DNA of 64,000 bases from Sedimentisphaerales bacterium (GCA_963663965.2 CAXXFK010000006.1:192001-256000); one strand, 5' to 3'; numbered from the stretch's first letter, positions 44,652 to 55,143 are shown. Notes: generated by a model from the sequence alone, not told the origin. Made by a program: numbers and translations.

Positions 44652-45908
44652 TTAACGGTGTTCTTTACGCTGACGATGAGGGCGCTTCGAAGTCACTGCA
44701 GAATGGTCACGCAGAAAAGATTCCACTTTACGGGTCAGTTTCAGGCTGAGCTGGGTCAACTGTTGATTGGATTTTTCCAGATCGTCGATTTTCTCTTTAT
44801 AGTGATTGAAATCAGCCGCGGCGATCTGGCGCTGCTGGGACAGCGCAAAATTACAGAAACCACACACCTCGGCATCCCAGGGATTGCTCTTGCGGCAGTG
44901 TGGACAGGTCTGTGGTTTTTTTTGCAGTTCATAGGATTTGTCCTCAGCGGGGCGGGTCTGGCCGGCGTAATTCAGTTGCATCTCCTTGATATCGTCACCG
45001 CCGTAATGCTGGTATTCCCCGATAATGGTACTGGATTGGGTATGGCCGGCGAATTTCTTCAGAACCGCTTCAGAGACCTGGGGATTTTTTCCCATACGCG
45101 TCAGGGTGGCATGGCGCAGGACATAAGCGGAGAATTTGTTCTTCCATCCCAGTTTGTGTTTCAGGCGCTTGAACAATTTGGTGATCGTATCTTTGCGAAT
45201 CGGCATTGTCGGATCATCTTTGGCACAGAAGACATAATTGTCATCGTGCCGTTGACCCGGATAGCCCTTCATCCAATCCAATAGGTAAGGCTCGGAAAAG
45301 ATCACCCGAATGGGCCGATAGTCGACGGCGCCTGATTTTTTGGCAGTATAGATCCGGAAAAAGTAGCCGTGTGGATCTTTTTTCAGATTTTTCCATTGCA
45401 GCCGACGCAGTTCGATGGGGCGGGCGCCGGCATCCAGACCCTGATAGGCCAGAAAAAATTTATCGCGTGGATGAGGACAGAGTTTGATAGCGCGGTGTAA
45501 AACCTCTTCATCCGGCATCTCTTCCGGCAGCCGTAACCGGCCCCGGCCGCTGGGACGTTTCATCCCGCGTACCACAGCAGGAAACTCTTCATCATTACCA
45601 AACCAGTGTTTAAAGCCCTGCCGGATATGCAGATACTCATCCTGCTTGGTCTTGACGGCCAGCGGAGAGGCCAGAATAATATTCCAGGCCCGGGTAATAT
45701 CCTGTTTGGTGGCCCGGTCGAAATCCAGTTCCAGCAAATCGGCGAATTTGACCAGGGAATTAGAGAGCTTTTCCAGACGCTGATCACAGACCGAACCTTT
45801 TTTGTAGGTGAGCCATTCTTCAATCAGAACCCTGTTGCGGGGAGAAAGGCGATGCCATAGCTCGCGCAGGGATGTTCCATGGGATAGGCGGCCATAAGTG
45901 GATTTCAT
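44652..45908 (-). CDS. Tyrosine recombinase/integrase with C-terminal zinc ribbon and coiled coil
   Basis: Catalytic set R (GARPIE), K (TAKK), YxLRH, AGH, Y (GEYQH); tail CPHC...CGFC. Confidence 0.88.
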   Translation of the reverse strand: MKSTYGRLSHGTSLRELWHRLSPRNRVLIEEWLTYKKGSVCDQRLEKLSNSLVKFADLLELDFDRATKQDITRAWNIILASPLAVKTKQDEYLHIRQGFKHWFGNDEEFPAVVRGMKRPSGRGRLRLPEEMPDEEVLHRAIKLCPHPRDKFFLAYQGLDAGARPIELRRLQWKNLKKDPHGYFFRIYTAKKSGAVDYRPIRVIFSEPYLLDWMKGYPGQRHDDNYVFCAKDDPTMPIRKDTITKLFKRLKHKLGWKNKFSAYVLRHATLTRMGKNPQVSEAVLKKFAGHTQSSTIIGEYQHYGGDDIKEMQLNYAGQTRPAEDKSYELQKKPQTCPHCRKSNPWDAEVCGFCNFALSQQRQIAAADFNHYKEKIDDLEKSNQQLTQLSLKLTRKVESFLRDHSAVTSKRPHRQRKEHR

Positions 45909-46800
45909 AACGATTAGATGAATCGGAAATATTTAAATCTTTCGGACCGTCGGCGTGTTGACAGGACGACGTTGCCAATGTCTCAGCGGGAAATCCGCGA
46001 CGTTCCCCAGGATAGCTAAAAATAATTATCACTTGTCAATCTGAGCTGGAGGGTATTCTCAGGCACAACTGGAGAGTGCATAAGTACGGTTATGCATTTG
46101 TTGACTTGAAGTAAATTTGATATAATTCCAGGTTACTGGAAAGGCGCTTTCGGGATCTATCAGGTACTGGCAGGCCCTGGTCAGGCCGATAAAATGGGTA
46201 AAGATGGGTGGCGAAAGTGATATTTCAACGATAGCCGGCAATGTTGGGCCGGGGCGGATTTTGATTGCATGAAGGAGGTTAATATGTTAAAATATTTTAT
46301 ATCTGGGCCTGTTAAGGCAATGGTTCGGGCTCAGTGAGTTCTGGATTTGTATTTTAATTATATGACGCAGTAGTAAGGCTTCGGCCGAAGAGCGTGTTTT
46401 TAGCTGTTTGCTGTTACGGTCGCCGAGCCGGGGGCGCCATGCCTGTGATGCCACGAGAATGATGATGGCGACTGGAGCCTTTGGGAAGGAGGTTGATATA
46501 TTTATAATGTGGATACAGTTAAAAGATAAATATTGGGGCCCGGAATAAAGTGTGGTACGCAGCTGACAAAGCGATGTCAAATCGGAAAATGACGATGGCT
46601 GCAAGGAAAAATGTATGCGATGGTATTGTATACAGGCGGAGTTGCTGTTACGAAAAATATCGCTGCGCCAGGAGTTACCCGACCATCGATAGTATTCTGA
46701 ATCAGGCTTATAATGCATTAGAACTGGCATTTAGAGCAAAATTGCCGCAGGACAATAGTCAAATAATATATACAAAGAAACTCTATAAAAGGGGTAAATT

Positions 46801-47805
46801 ATGAAACGTTTTATGTTTGTTATTGTCGGTTTGTTGATTAGTGGTTATTGTTTTGGGGAGATTAAGGATATAGGGAGTTTTGAGTATTTTGTCGATAAGA
46901 GCGGGAAGTACAATAATAGTGTTTGGAGTAGCGGTTTGGAAGGGCTTTTAATTAAGGATGAAGACGGTAGCCTTTTTTCTCCTGAAGTTCCAGTCTATGT
47001 AGCTTTCTGGTTAATAGATGAGGAGCACTATGAGATAATAGGTTATGGGGGAAACCCTTATTGGGATTATGAAGGATATGGAGGATATCTAAGGTGCTAT
47101 TGGTTTGGTGATGAATCTTATACTGGTCTTAAACCGACAGAGGTTTGGATTTATGTAGATACTTCAGGTGATGGGCTTTGGTATGACACGAACACTTACG
47201 AATTGATTTATGGTGAGGGGGATTATTTGGTAAAATCTTCTAATATTCGCATTGAGGGCGTTTTGGGCGGATTGGATTTTCTTCCTGTTTTTGATTATCA
47301 TCGTGTTGGCGGAGTTGAACTTCCAGATATGGTCATTGACATGAATCCTGAGGAATTGCCGCGGGTTTCGGTTATTAGTGACTGGGAAGGTTTTTCGTGG
47401 CTGGATGAGTCGGGCCATAGAGCGATTATACTAAGTGGAGAGTTCAGTCATGACCCCAATAATCCGGACTTTGTCTATTCGTGGGAGGCCTTTGGTAATA
47501 ACGGGGATTACTCGATCGAACTGGGCGCGATGGACGGGCTTGGTTGCCGGGCGGTTATTCGCGGCGCTGTTCCTGAACCAGAGATGGTTGACCTTACCTT
47601 CCGATTGAAGGTGTCCGGTCCGAATATCAAAGTCCTTTTGGGGGAGATTTCTTTGACTCTTTATGGGGACGCTTGTCTGGCGGCCAAAGCGCAGGTGGGC
47701 TATGTCGCGCCCATATCCGATTTCAACTCGGATTGTGTGGTCAATCTGGAGGATTATGTGGTTATGCTAGGGGAATGGATGATGGATTTGAGGTGCAAGG
47801 AATGA
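46801..47805 (+). CDS. Secreted protein with C-terminal dockerin-like motif
   Basis: Signal peptide; ends 'SDFNSDCVVNLEDY...EW'. Confidence 0.75.
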   Translation: MKRFMFVIVGLLISGYCFGEIKDIGSFEYFVDKSGKYNNSVWSSGLEGLLIKDEDGSLFSPEVPVYVAFWLIDEEHYEIIGYGGNPYWDYEGYGGYLRCYWFGDESYTGLKPTEVWIYVDTSGDGLWYDTNTYELIYGEGDYLVKSSNIRIEGVLGGLDFLPVFDYHRVGGVELPDMVIDMNPEELPRVSVISDWEGFSWLDESGHRAIILSGEFSHDPNNPDFVYSWEAFGNNGDYSIELGAMDGLGCRAVIRGAVPEPEMVDLTFRLKVSGPNIKVLLGEISLTLYGDACLAAKAQVGYVAPISDFNSDCVVNLEDYVVMLGEWMMDLRCKE

Positions 47806-47982
47806 AGATATGGCCCTTTTGAAACGAATTTCAAACGAGCTTTTCATTTTTTTAAGGTTTTGGTTATTGGATTATCATATTTGATACCGTCACTATCGAC
47901 ATCTGGTAAGAATGATCGATATGAAGAAAAAATGAAGGCCAGTATTCTCATATTGACCTTCACGAATACGATCATCGTTGGA

Positions 47983-48633
47983 TCAGTTGACGGTCATTTC
48001 ACAGGCCAGCAGATTAAGTTGCAGATCCCGATCCACAGGTATACCGCGTAAATAATGGGTATACTGACTCAGCATGAAACCGGCCGCGATATTAGCGCAG
48101 AAAATGGTTGATTTGGCAGTACACGGCCCGGCCTGAGCCTCGGAGGCGGCAAAAAAAGTCTGGGGATAATACGTACGGCTGACCGGATCACACGCAGTAA
48201 TCACCCGTAAGACCTCCGCGCTCATGCGGCCGTCACAGAAGAACAATACCTTATCCTGCACCATCGGCCAGATGCGGGCCCGGGTCTCGATCTTGTCCAC
48301 GCAGCAGAACACGGCCTGGCTGCAATTCACCGTCCGCCGAAACCGGTCGGGAACCGCATCGATTTGAATCTCCGGATTCATCCGCCGGCAGAAGGCAGCG
48401 GTTGCATCGATCTTGAGCCGGCCCAGATCATCTTGAAAATAACCCTGGGTGGCCAGATTACTGATCTCCACAGTATCAAAGTCGACTAACTGCAACTGTG
48501 TTACACCAATCGCTGTCAACTGGATCGCCACCTGCCGGCCGATCGCTCCCACACCGATCACCGTGACAGCATAGTCCCGCAACCGTTCAGCCGGGATAAT
48601 ATCCGCCTGACGGGAATACCGTTCATTATTCAT
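47983..48633 (-). CDS. E1/ThiF-family adenylyltransferase
   Basis: 'ERYSRQ', GVGAIG, 'DFDTVEISNLATQ', 'CVD', candidate catalytic Cys in 'GPCTAK'; GAGGTG RBS. Confidence 0.93.
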   Translation of the reverse strand: MNNERYSRQADIIPAERLRDYAVTVIGVGAIGRQVAIQLTAIGVTQLQLVDFDTVEISNLATQGYFQDDLGRLKIDATAAFCRRMNPEIQIDAVPDRFRRTVNCSQAVFCCVDKIETRARIWPMVQDKVLFFCDGRMSAEVLRVITACDPVSRTYYPQTFFAASEAQAGPCTAKSTIFCANIAAGFMLSQYTHYLRGIPVDRDLQLNLLACEMTVN

Positions 48634-49356
48634 AGCGCACCTCACTTCCGGATTCATACCAGTAATTTTCATATAACAGTTCATCCAGTAACGCCTGACG
48701 ATCACTATTCTCCAGCCGTTGAATCTGATTATAAATCTCCTGCGGACTCAGTGATTCACATTGGGAAGATTCCTCGGTATAACAACTCGATGACTGGCTG
48801 GAATTGTGTCTTCGCAAGGTCAGCTCGGGAATAACCTTCGCCTGATACTCCTGCTGCCACTGGTTATGATCGGTAGCAGGGAATTCCTGTTCATAATCAA
48901 CCACCATCGGCATTAATATCGCACCTCCCGGTCCGGCCTGAAACTGTAACCGGGCATAATGACTGCCATCCCGGGCCAGGATGCCCATCACTGACCAGTC
49001 GCACTGGCCAAAGACCCGTTTAAAGGTCTCTTCATCTACACTGCTTGGTTCCGGACAGTTGCCCGGATGGGTGTGCAGCCAGATTCTCGCGAACTGCTGG
49101 GGCTCCGCGGCCCAGTTCCACCTGGTCCTCGAAGAAGTCCGCGACTGCCATATCATCCAATGCAACGGTGATAGAGCTGACCTGCTGTTTGATCAGGGCG
49201 ATATCATGCACCAGCAGCAGATCCTCCCGCTCGGTAAGGCCAAAACCCGCTGACTTCATCATCGCTGAGATCGCGAAAATAACACAATTTCGACCAGGCA
49301 TAAGGGGTAAAGCGTAAGGGAATTTGATGGAATGAATTAGGATTGCGCGATTTCAT
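48626..49356 (-). CDS. JAB/MPN+ (JAMM) metallopeptidase (homopolymer frameshifts near 49242 and 49105)
   Basis: Reconstructed 'LRFTPYAWSKL...DEVSGFG...WLHTHPGNCPEPSSVD' = E...HxH-x7-S-xx-D. Confidence 0.88.
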
Positions 49357-50327
49357 GGCTGACCTCCTTTCGTTGCTTGAGACATTCCTGACAAAGACCC
49401 TCGGAATCCACACAACTGCGACCAAAGGTGTCGCCGCAGTCAGGGCAGGTGACCGTGCAATTATGACAGGCAATTTCCTGACAGGCGGTGCATTCGGTAG
49501 AACAATCATGACAGACCGTGGTTTCGCAATGGGTGCAATAGGTGCTGCATTCCCGGCAATAGTCCCGTTCACAACACTCACAGGTATAAATATCATCCAG
49601 TCCTATCGACGTCCCGCAATCTTCACAACTGGCCCCATCCCAGTCATCCAGCGAAACAAAGGGACTCTGGGGATTGTAGGTGTGCAGCAGACTGTTGACG
49701 GTCAGGAAAAAATCGGCGATGCGCCCCTGTTTCAGGGCCTGACGTACCTGGACATAACCTTCCCCTTCACAGAGCTGGTCATGGGAGACATGGGGATGGG
49801 TGACATTGCAATCAGTGCCGGCCGGACAGGGATGGATGGCCACGCAGCGATAGGGAATATCCCGATCGGTAGCATGGATGGCGTTGATCCGCAAAGTGAT
49901 CTCAAAAGGGCCAAAATTAAACTCTTCCAGCTGGATGGAGTCGGTAATAACGGTTATCAGGGAATCCGCCGGTTGGAAGCGGACCTCCTCGAATTCCTGC
50001 GGCAATTGCAGCAGATCCAGGGTGATCTCGCGCAGGGTTGGGATGGTGTCATACTTCGGCATCTGACGGATCAGACTTTCCAGTTGATAACTCAGGACCG
50101 CCAGGGTCTGCCGGGTACGCAGCTGGATGCAAGTGGCCGCCAGTGCCCAGTGGTGTTGCTGCGCCTTTTGCCAGAGCCGGCAGTCCCCGTTCCAGGGTAT
50201 GATAGTGTTGCAGACAGGCAGCAATTTGCTGCTGCTGTTGCTGGTCCCGGGCATCCTGCCAGGTGAGTATCTGGTTACGATACTGACAGGCAATCCGCCA
50301 GAGTGTTTTGGGAGTTGGTTTAGACAT
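49337..50327 (-). CDS. E2/UBC-like protein with C-terminal Cys-rich Zn-binding repeats (frameshift near 50186)
   Basis: 'THPHVSHDQLCEG' resembles the UBC HPN...C active site; C-terminal ~85 aa of tandem CxxC pairs. Confidence 0.72.
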
Positions 50328-50360
50328 AATAAATTCTCCTTGAAAATAAGAGGTATTTAG

Positions 50361-50396
50361 AAAAACAGGCCCTTCAACCACGCAGTCAAAGGCCTG
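50361..50396 (-). terminator. Hairpin + T-tract between the Ubl and E2 genes
   Basis: caggcc...ggcctg stem next to A5 on the + strand (T5 on the - strand). Confidence 0.5.
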
Positions 50397-50409
50397 AGCC
50401 ATCATACGA

Positions 50410-50637
50410 TTAATGCGCGCCTTCAATTTTCAGCGGGGTTATCGTTACCCGGTCATTCTCCTGCAGGACATAATCGCGCGGGACCGGTTGACGGTTGACT
50501 CGAATCAGGTAATCTTCGGGGGCATCGTTGGGCATCTGCCGATCGAAAAACTTCAGGATCGTCATGTTAGCTTGAACTTGAATGTAATCAGCAAAACCAG
50601 AGCCGTTATTGTTGATAAATAGAATCTGCATGGTCAT
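50410..50637 (-). CDS. Ubiquitin-like (beta-grasp, MoaD/ThiS-like) protein
   Basis: 75 aa; 'LIRVNRQPV..DYVLQENDRVTITP.KIEG-AH'; first gene of the E2-JAB-E1 operon. Confidence 0.85.
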   Translation of the reverse strand: MTMQILFINNNGSGFADYIQVQANMTILKFFDRQMPNDAPEDYLIRVNRQPVPRDYVLQENDRVTITPLKIEGAH

Positions 50638-50773
50638 AATCCTTTCATGATTAAGGGTAATTAGTTATCAGATGGTGCGAATCGTTTAGTATAAAATGGC
50701 ATATGATAAGCCTGATCAAGGCGGAGAGTGGTTGGTTGATATGGTGGAAATTTCTTTCTGATTAATGATGAAT

Positions 50774-51584
50774 TCAACCGGTATCATAAAATGTATTGGC
50801 AGGTTCACGGCGAGCGAGGATCAGTTCCAAGACCTGACCGACAGTATGGAGAACCGCCAGACAGGCCCGTTCAATGGTCTTTTTTGATTTAGCGGCATAC
50901 CCTTTGACATACTCATAGGAAAATCCCAGGTTGACTTCCGGACAATACAGGCTGGCCAACGTTGCCGCAGTCAGTTCAGCAATGATCTCCTGACTGGGTA
51001 CCTGACCGCCTTGCAATTGGCCTTCGATTCGTTCGTGAGCGGCATGGGCCAGTTCGTGAAAAAAATACTTGGGCGCTATGAGTAGCCAGGACGATGCGGT
51101 TGGTATTACCCTGGTAGTAGCCGTAATAGCGGCTGGCAAAGGTTTGGTAACTGACCGACAATCCCAACCGTTCAGCAACTTCTATCAACGGTGGTGGTGT
51201 AACCGGTTCGTAAGGCAGGGGTTCGCCATCGGTATCTTCCACCCGAAAGACCGCAATGGCATGGAATCCCGTGATAATCACTTTTTCCACTTCACGGTCA
51301 TTCTCATCACGGTCTCGGATCACCCGGGTATTGGAACCCAGGATGCAAAATGCCTTGGCTCCTTTTTTGACTTTACGACCCGCGGTCTGCCATTGACGGA
51401 AGCCCCGGGCATCGGAGGTATCCGCTAAAAACTGCAATATCCGGTTGCCGATACTCCATTGGGCCGAAGGGATATCACACCGCGGCGGGATCGTTACCAC
51501 GGCCAATGCCTTGGGAACAGTACCTGACTGGAAAAGTTTGACGATCTGTCGCAGACAGGCTTTAGCTTTTTCGGAATCATTCAT
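50774..51584 (-). CDS. ardC: ArdC-like antirestriction/ssDNA-binding protein with zincin domain (frameshift at A7, 51059-51065)
   Basis: 'WSIGNRIL', 'RGFRQWQTAGRKVKKGAKA', 'VFRVEDTDG', 'HELAH...EIIAELTA'. Confidence 0.85.
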
Positions 51585-51603
51585 AGGTATCACCTCATTT
51601 CAT

Positions 51604-51644
51604 AAAAAAAGGCATCTGATTGCCGGGATAAACAATCAGATGCC
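51604..51644 (-). terminator. Rho-independent terminator
   Basis: 12-bp stem ggcatctgattg/caatcagatgcc followed by T7 on the - strand. Confidence 0.8.
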
Positions 51645-51664
51645 GGAGTTAGTATTACTACCAG

Positions 51665-51877
51665 TTATTGTCTTTGACTCAGATCGATGCGGATCCTGGT
51701 CCCCTTGCTGTTGAGGACATCCAGTACCGGAGGTAAGGAATCCCGGTCAGTCATGATCTGATAGACCGTTTGGGCCGCTTCCAGTGGAGTGTTTGCCCCA
51801 ATATCGATGGTATAGACCACCCGGTAGAGGTCCGCCTCAGGTGGCGGCGGTTCAATAGTGAGTCCCGGCTGTTTCAT
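51665..51877 (-). CDS. Small hypothetical protein
   Basis: 70 aa; translationally coupled (TGATG) to the upstream gene; GGAGG RBS. Confidence 0.7.
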   Translation of the reverse strand: MKQPGLTIEPPPPEADLYRVVYTIDIGANTPLEAAQTVYQIMTDRDSLPPVLDVLNSKGTRIRIDLSQRQ

Positions 51878-52777
51878 CAGTCATCACCTCCCCTGAATAG
51901 TTCCGGTGCGATCTCCTTGAGCCGTTTGGGCTGCCAGTAGAGGTCCCGTTCCACCGGCAGACCCAAGGCGCCCCGGACGGTCTCCAATTCACTGAGCAGG
52001 AAGTAAACCCATTTCCTTTTCCAAACCTTCAACTAAACCAAAGAATTCAAAATCAATCTCGGATCCCTGTTTATTTTCGACCGGACTGCCCTGAACAGCG
52101 AACCAGGTCCAATTGGCGTCGGGGGTAAAGAACTTGACCGGGACCAGGGCCTTGCCACCCGGATCTATTGAGGTCTCCAACGGTGGCAGCAGTTCCCGGA
52201 TCTCCGGCGGCAGGAGCTTCATTCCCCTCATCTGGTCATTGGCCACCACCTGTCTGGCGGTCTCCACTGCGGCTGTGTTACCCACTGTGATGGCGTTCTG
52301 TTGAGGAATACCCAGACTTGTCGCCATATCAGTCAGGTATCGGGCCATGTGTTCCGCCTGTTCCTTGCGGCTGATGGGTTCGGATTCGCAGGCGGGGATC
52401 GGCGGTGAGAGCAGTTCCACCTGGTCGGTACTTAACTCAATCACGACTCTGCCGTTATCGTCTGAATACCATTCAAAATACCCACAGCCCGGAACCCCGT
52501 AATCGCAGGGTTCCCGGCCGGCAGTCATATCGCCAACCTTGCCCTGCTGAAGCTTAGTAAATCCAGCCAGGTATTTTTCCGCTGCGAACTTGTCAGCCGA
52601 TTCACCTTCGCCACGGAGTCTGATGCGGGCGCCGCGGATATCGCGGTGAAAGTTGCCTGTCAGGTTAAATCGAACGACTTCGTGCATGCCAAGGAAATGC
52701 ATCCAGCCTGTAATACGGCCTGAAGTAGAGTTATCCAATTCGCCTTCTATCAAAAACGTTGTGGGTCGCCATGCCAT
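51877..52777 (-). CDS. Unknown N-domain fused to DUF2958 (frameshift near 52006)
   Basis: 'VKFFTPDANWTWFA...FFGLVEG..KE.GYF.LSELE..RG..GL.VERDLYW' after frame correction. Confidence 0.8.
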
Positions 52778-52813
52778 AAAAATCACCTGATCCTTTCTTA
52801 GAATTGGGTTAAT

Positions 52814-52848
52814 AAAAAAAGCCCGGTTCTCAACGGAGAGAAACGGGC
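52814..52848 (-). terminator. Terminator-like hairpin upstream of the DUF2958 gene
   Basis: gcccggttctc/gagaaacgggc stem plus T7 on the - strand. Confidence 0.6.
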
Positions 52849-53533
52849 ATTGCATGGATTTGATTTGTGAAAGGTAATTTTAGTATACTTGAATTATCTG
52901 GACAGATAATTCATTGGAAATGTATTTTCGAATAGGTTCTTACTAATGAGATGTGACAAAGTAACAGATCAAAATAGATATTTCAGAGATATCGGGATTG
53001 AAATAGGTCTTTCAAGAGGACCCAATCAGTTATTTCGAGTAAATGACTGAGAAATAGCTGATTAGAAGAGAGTAGAGACTAAGTTTTTAATCGGTTGTTT
53101 CTGTCCGGTTATTTCGTGGATCGTTACGTATATTAAAGATTATATAGCTGAACTGGATTTTCAGTCAGTCGGGGTGTCTCTGGTGGATCAACTTTGGAGG
53201 TGTAACAATCTATAATGCATATATGTCAGAAATGCTAATCAAGAGAGGCTATTTAAATATTGAACTGATTGGCTCTAAAAAGAATGATGACCCAACTCAA
53301 AGTGTAATTCCACAGAACCACTGGGGCCAACGGATCAAATGAACGTTAGTCGTGTCTGATTAGCCTCTTAGATTAAAATTTGATTTCTATAAACGATAGG
53401 TATGGGCGGCCCAGTATTTGCTCTTTATAAAATCTTAGTTGATAAACCTTTTGGTGGGGAATAAAATAATTTTTTATTGGATTATATTTTTATTATTTCG
53501 GTTTTAGTTCTAAATAGCTCATATTGGTGTTAA

Positions 53534-55143
53534 ATGTCAAAAATCTCAATCTCATAAGGAATCGATTCTAGTCTCTTGGATTGGTCATGCGGACCTCAAG
53601 GGAATGGCCGAAAAATGTTCCAATAGCATTCAGAAGGCGATTAGAAATGAGATAAATTTTAAAGATGAATGGCCAGTTTATGGTTCTGGCCCCTTACAGA
53701 CATGCATTGGTAATATTGAATTTGATAAAATTTGCCTTCTAAGTAACTATCCTAATACTATTAATCGTGCCTGTTTAAAATTACTTGGAAATAATGTCGA
53801 GATACAATCAGTAAACCTGGAAAAGGACAAATTGGTAGATTATCCTGCTATATACGATGTAGCTACTAAATTACTCGAAGAAATTAATTGCAAATATAAA
53901 TTCTGCGATTTATCAATTTTATTGAGTCCAGGTACGCCTACCATGACAGCAACATGGGTTTTATTGGGAAAAACAAAATTTCCAGCGAGGTTCTATCAAA
54001 CCTATAATGGTGAAGTCTGGGAATCGAATATTCCATTTGATCTGACTTTGGATGTACTTCCTGAGTTAATGCAAGGAAGTGACGCTCTTTTTCATCATCT
54101 TGCTTTACAGAGCCCTCAGGAAGTCCCAGGTTTTGAAGGAATTATCGGAGATAGCAAAGCCATACGACTTGCTGTTGGGAGGGCTATAAAGGCTGCCATC
54201 AGGGATGTTTCGGTATTAATAACAGGAGAAAGCGGCACCGGTAAGGAGATGTTTGCAAAGGCGATTCACGAGGCCAGTTCCCGCCGTTAAAAAACATTTT
54301 GAAGCAATCAATTGTGCGGCGTTACCCACTACATTGCTGGAATCACTGTTATTTGGGTATAAAAAGGGGGCATTTACCGGGGCGGTAAAAGATCATGTTG
54401 GATTATTGAAATCCCTGGATGGTGGAACCTTGTTTCTGGATGAAATTGGCGAAAGCGAGCCCGCTTTTCAGGCCAAGTTACTCAGGGTATTACAACCACC
54501 GTCAGGCGTAAGCTCGACAATTAGAGAATTTACTCCAGTTGGCGGTACGCATCCCGAACGAAGTGATGTTCGGATTATTGCCGCCACTAACAGGGATCTC
54601 CTCTTGGAAATTCAGAATGGAACCTTTCGAGATGATCTTTATTACCGTATTGCCCATATTTCGATTCATCTGCCTGCTCTGAGAGAGCGGAAAATCGATA
54701 TTGTGCCGATAGCTGAGGCTATGCTCAACGCCATCAACAAGGAGTTTCAAGCCCAGGATTCTTGTTTTAAGCACAAAATATTTTCTTCTAACACAAAAAT
54801 ATTTCTAAAAAACCACTCATGGAGGGGCAATGTCCGGGAATTGAACAATGTTATTCTTCAAACTGTCGTCATGTCCAATACCGACACAATCCAGCTAGAT
54901 GAAATCAAGGCAGCGATGGCTGAAATGCCTGGATCTTCCGTTTCGGATGATATTTTAAATAGACCTTTTGATGAAAATTTCAATATAAATGAATTGTTGA
55001 AAAATCTGCAAGTCCATTATATACAGAGAGCTATGAAAGAGGCTGGTAATAACAAAACAAAGGCAGCTCGAATGCTTGGATTAAATAGCTACCAGGCGCT
55101 TAATGACCAATTGGATCGTCTTAATATCAAATTAAAGAGGTGA
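53534..55143 (+). CDS. Sigma54 enhancer-binding protein with RtcR/CARF-like N-terminal domain (frameshifts near 53540 and 54288)
   Basis: 'ILVSWIGHADL', 'LSPGTP', Walker A GESGTGKE, GAFTGA, 'LFLDEIG', 'WRGNVREL', Fis-type HTH. Confidence 0.88.

Noticed and set aside
45909..46800. tRNA/att site or riboswitch next to the integrase
   Set aside because: No cloverleaf, T-loop or recognisable riboswitch consensus found by eye; tRNAscan-SE and Rfam searches would settle it.
49343..50266. 307-aa + strand ORF and similar long antisense ORFs (e.g. 13784-14620, 4288-4965)
   Set aside because: Shadows of well-supported genes on the opposite strand.
47983..50637. Thiamine/molybdopterin biosynthesis (ThiF-ThiS or MoeB-MoaD)
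   Set aside because: No pathway genes nearby, the Ubl lacks a terminal GG, and E2-like and JAB genes are interposed.
52860..53530. AT-rich intergenic stretch as a hidden gene
   Set aside because: No ORF of 60 aa or more and no convincing RBS; best read as a divergent promoter region.
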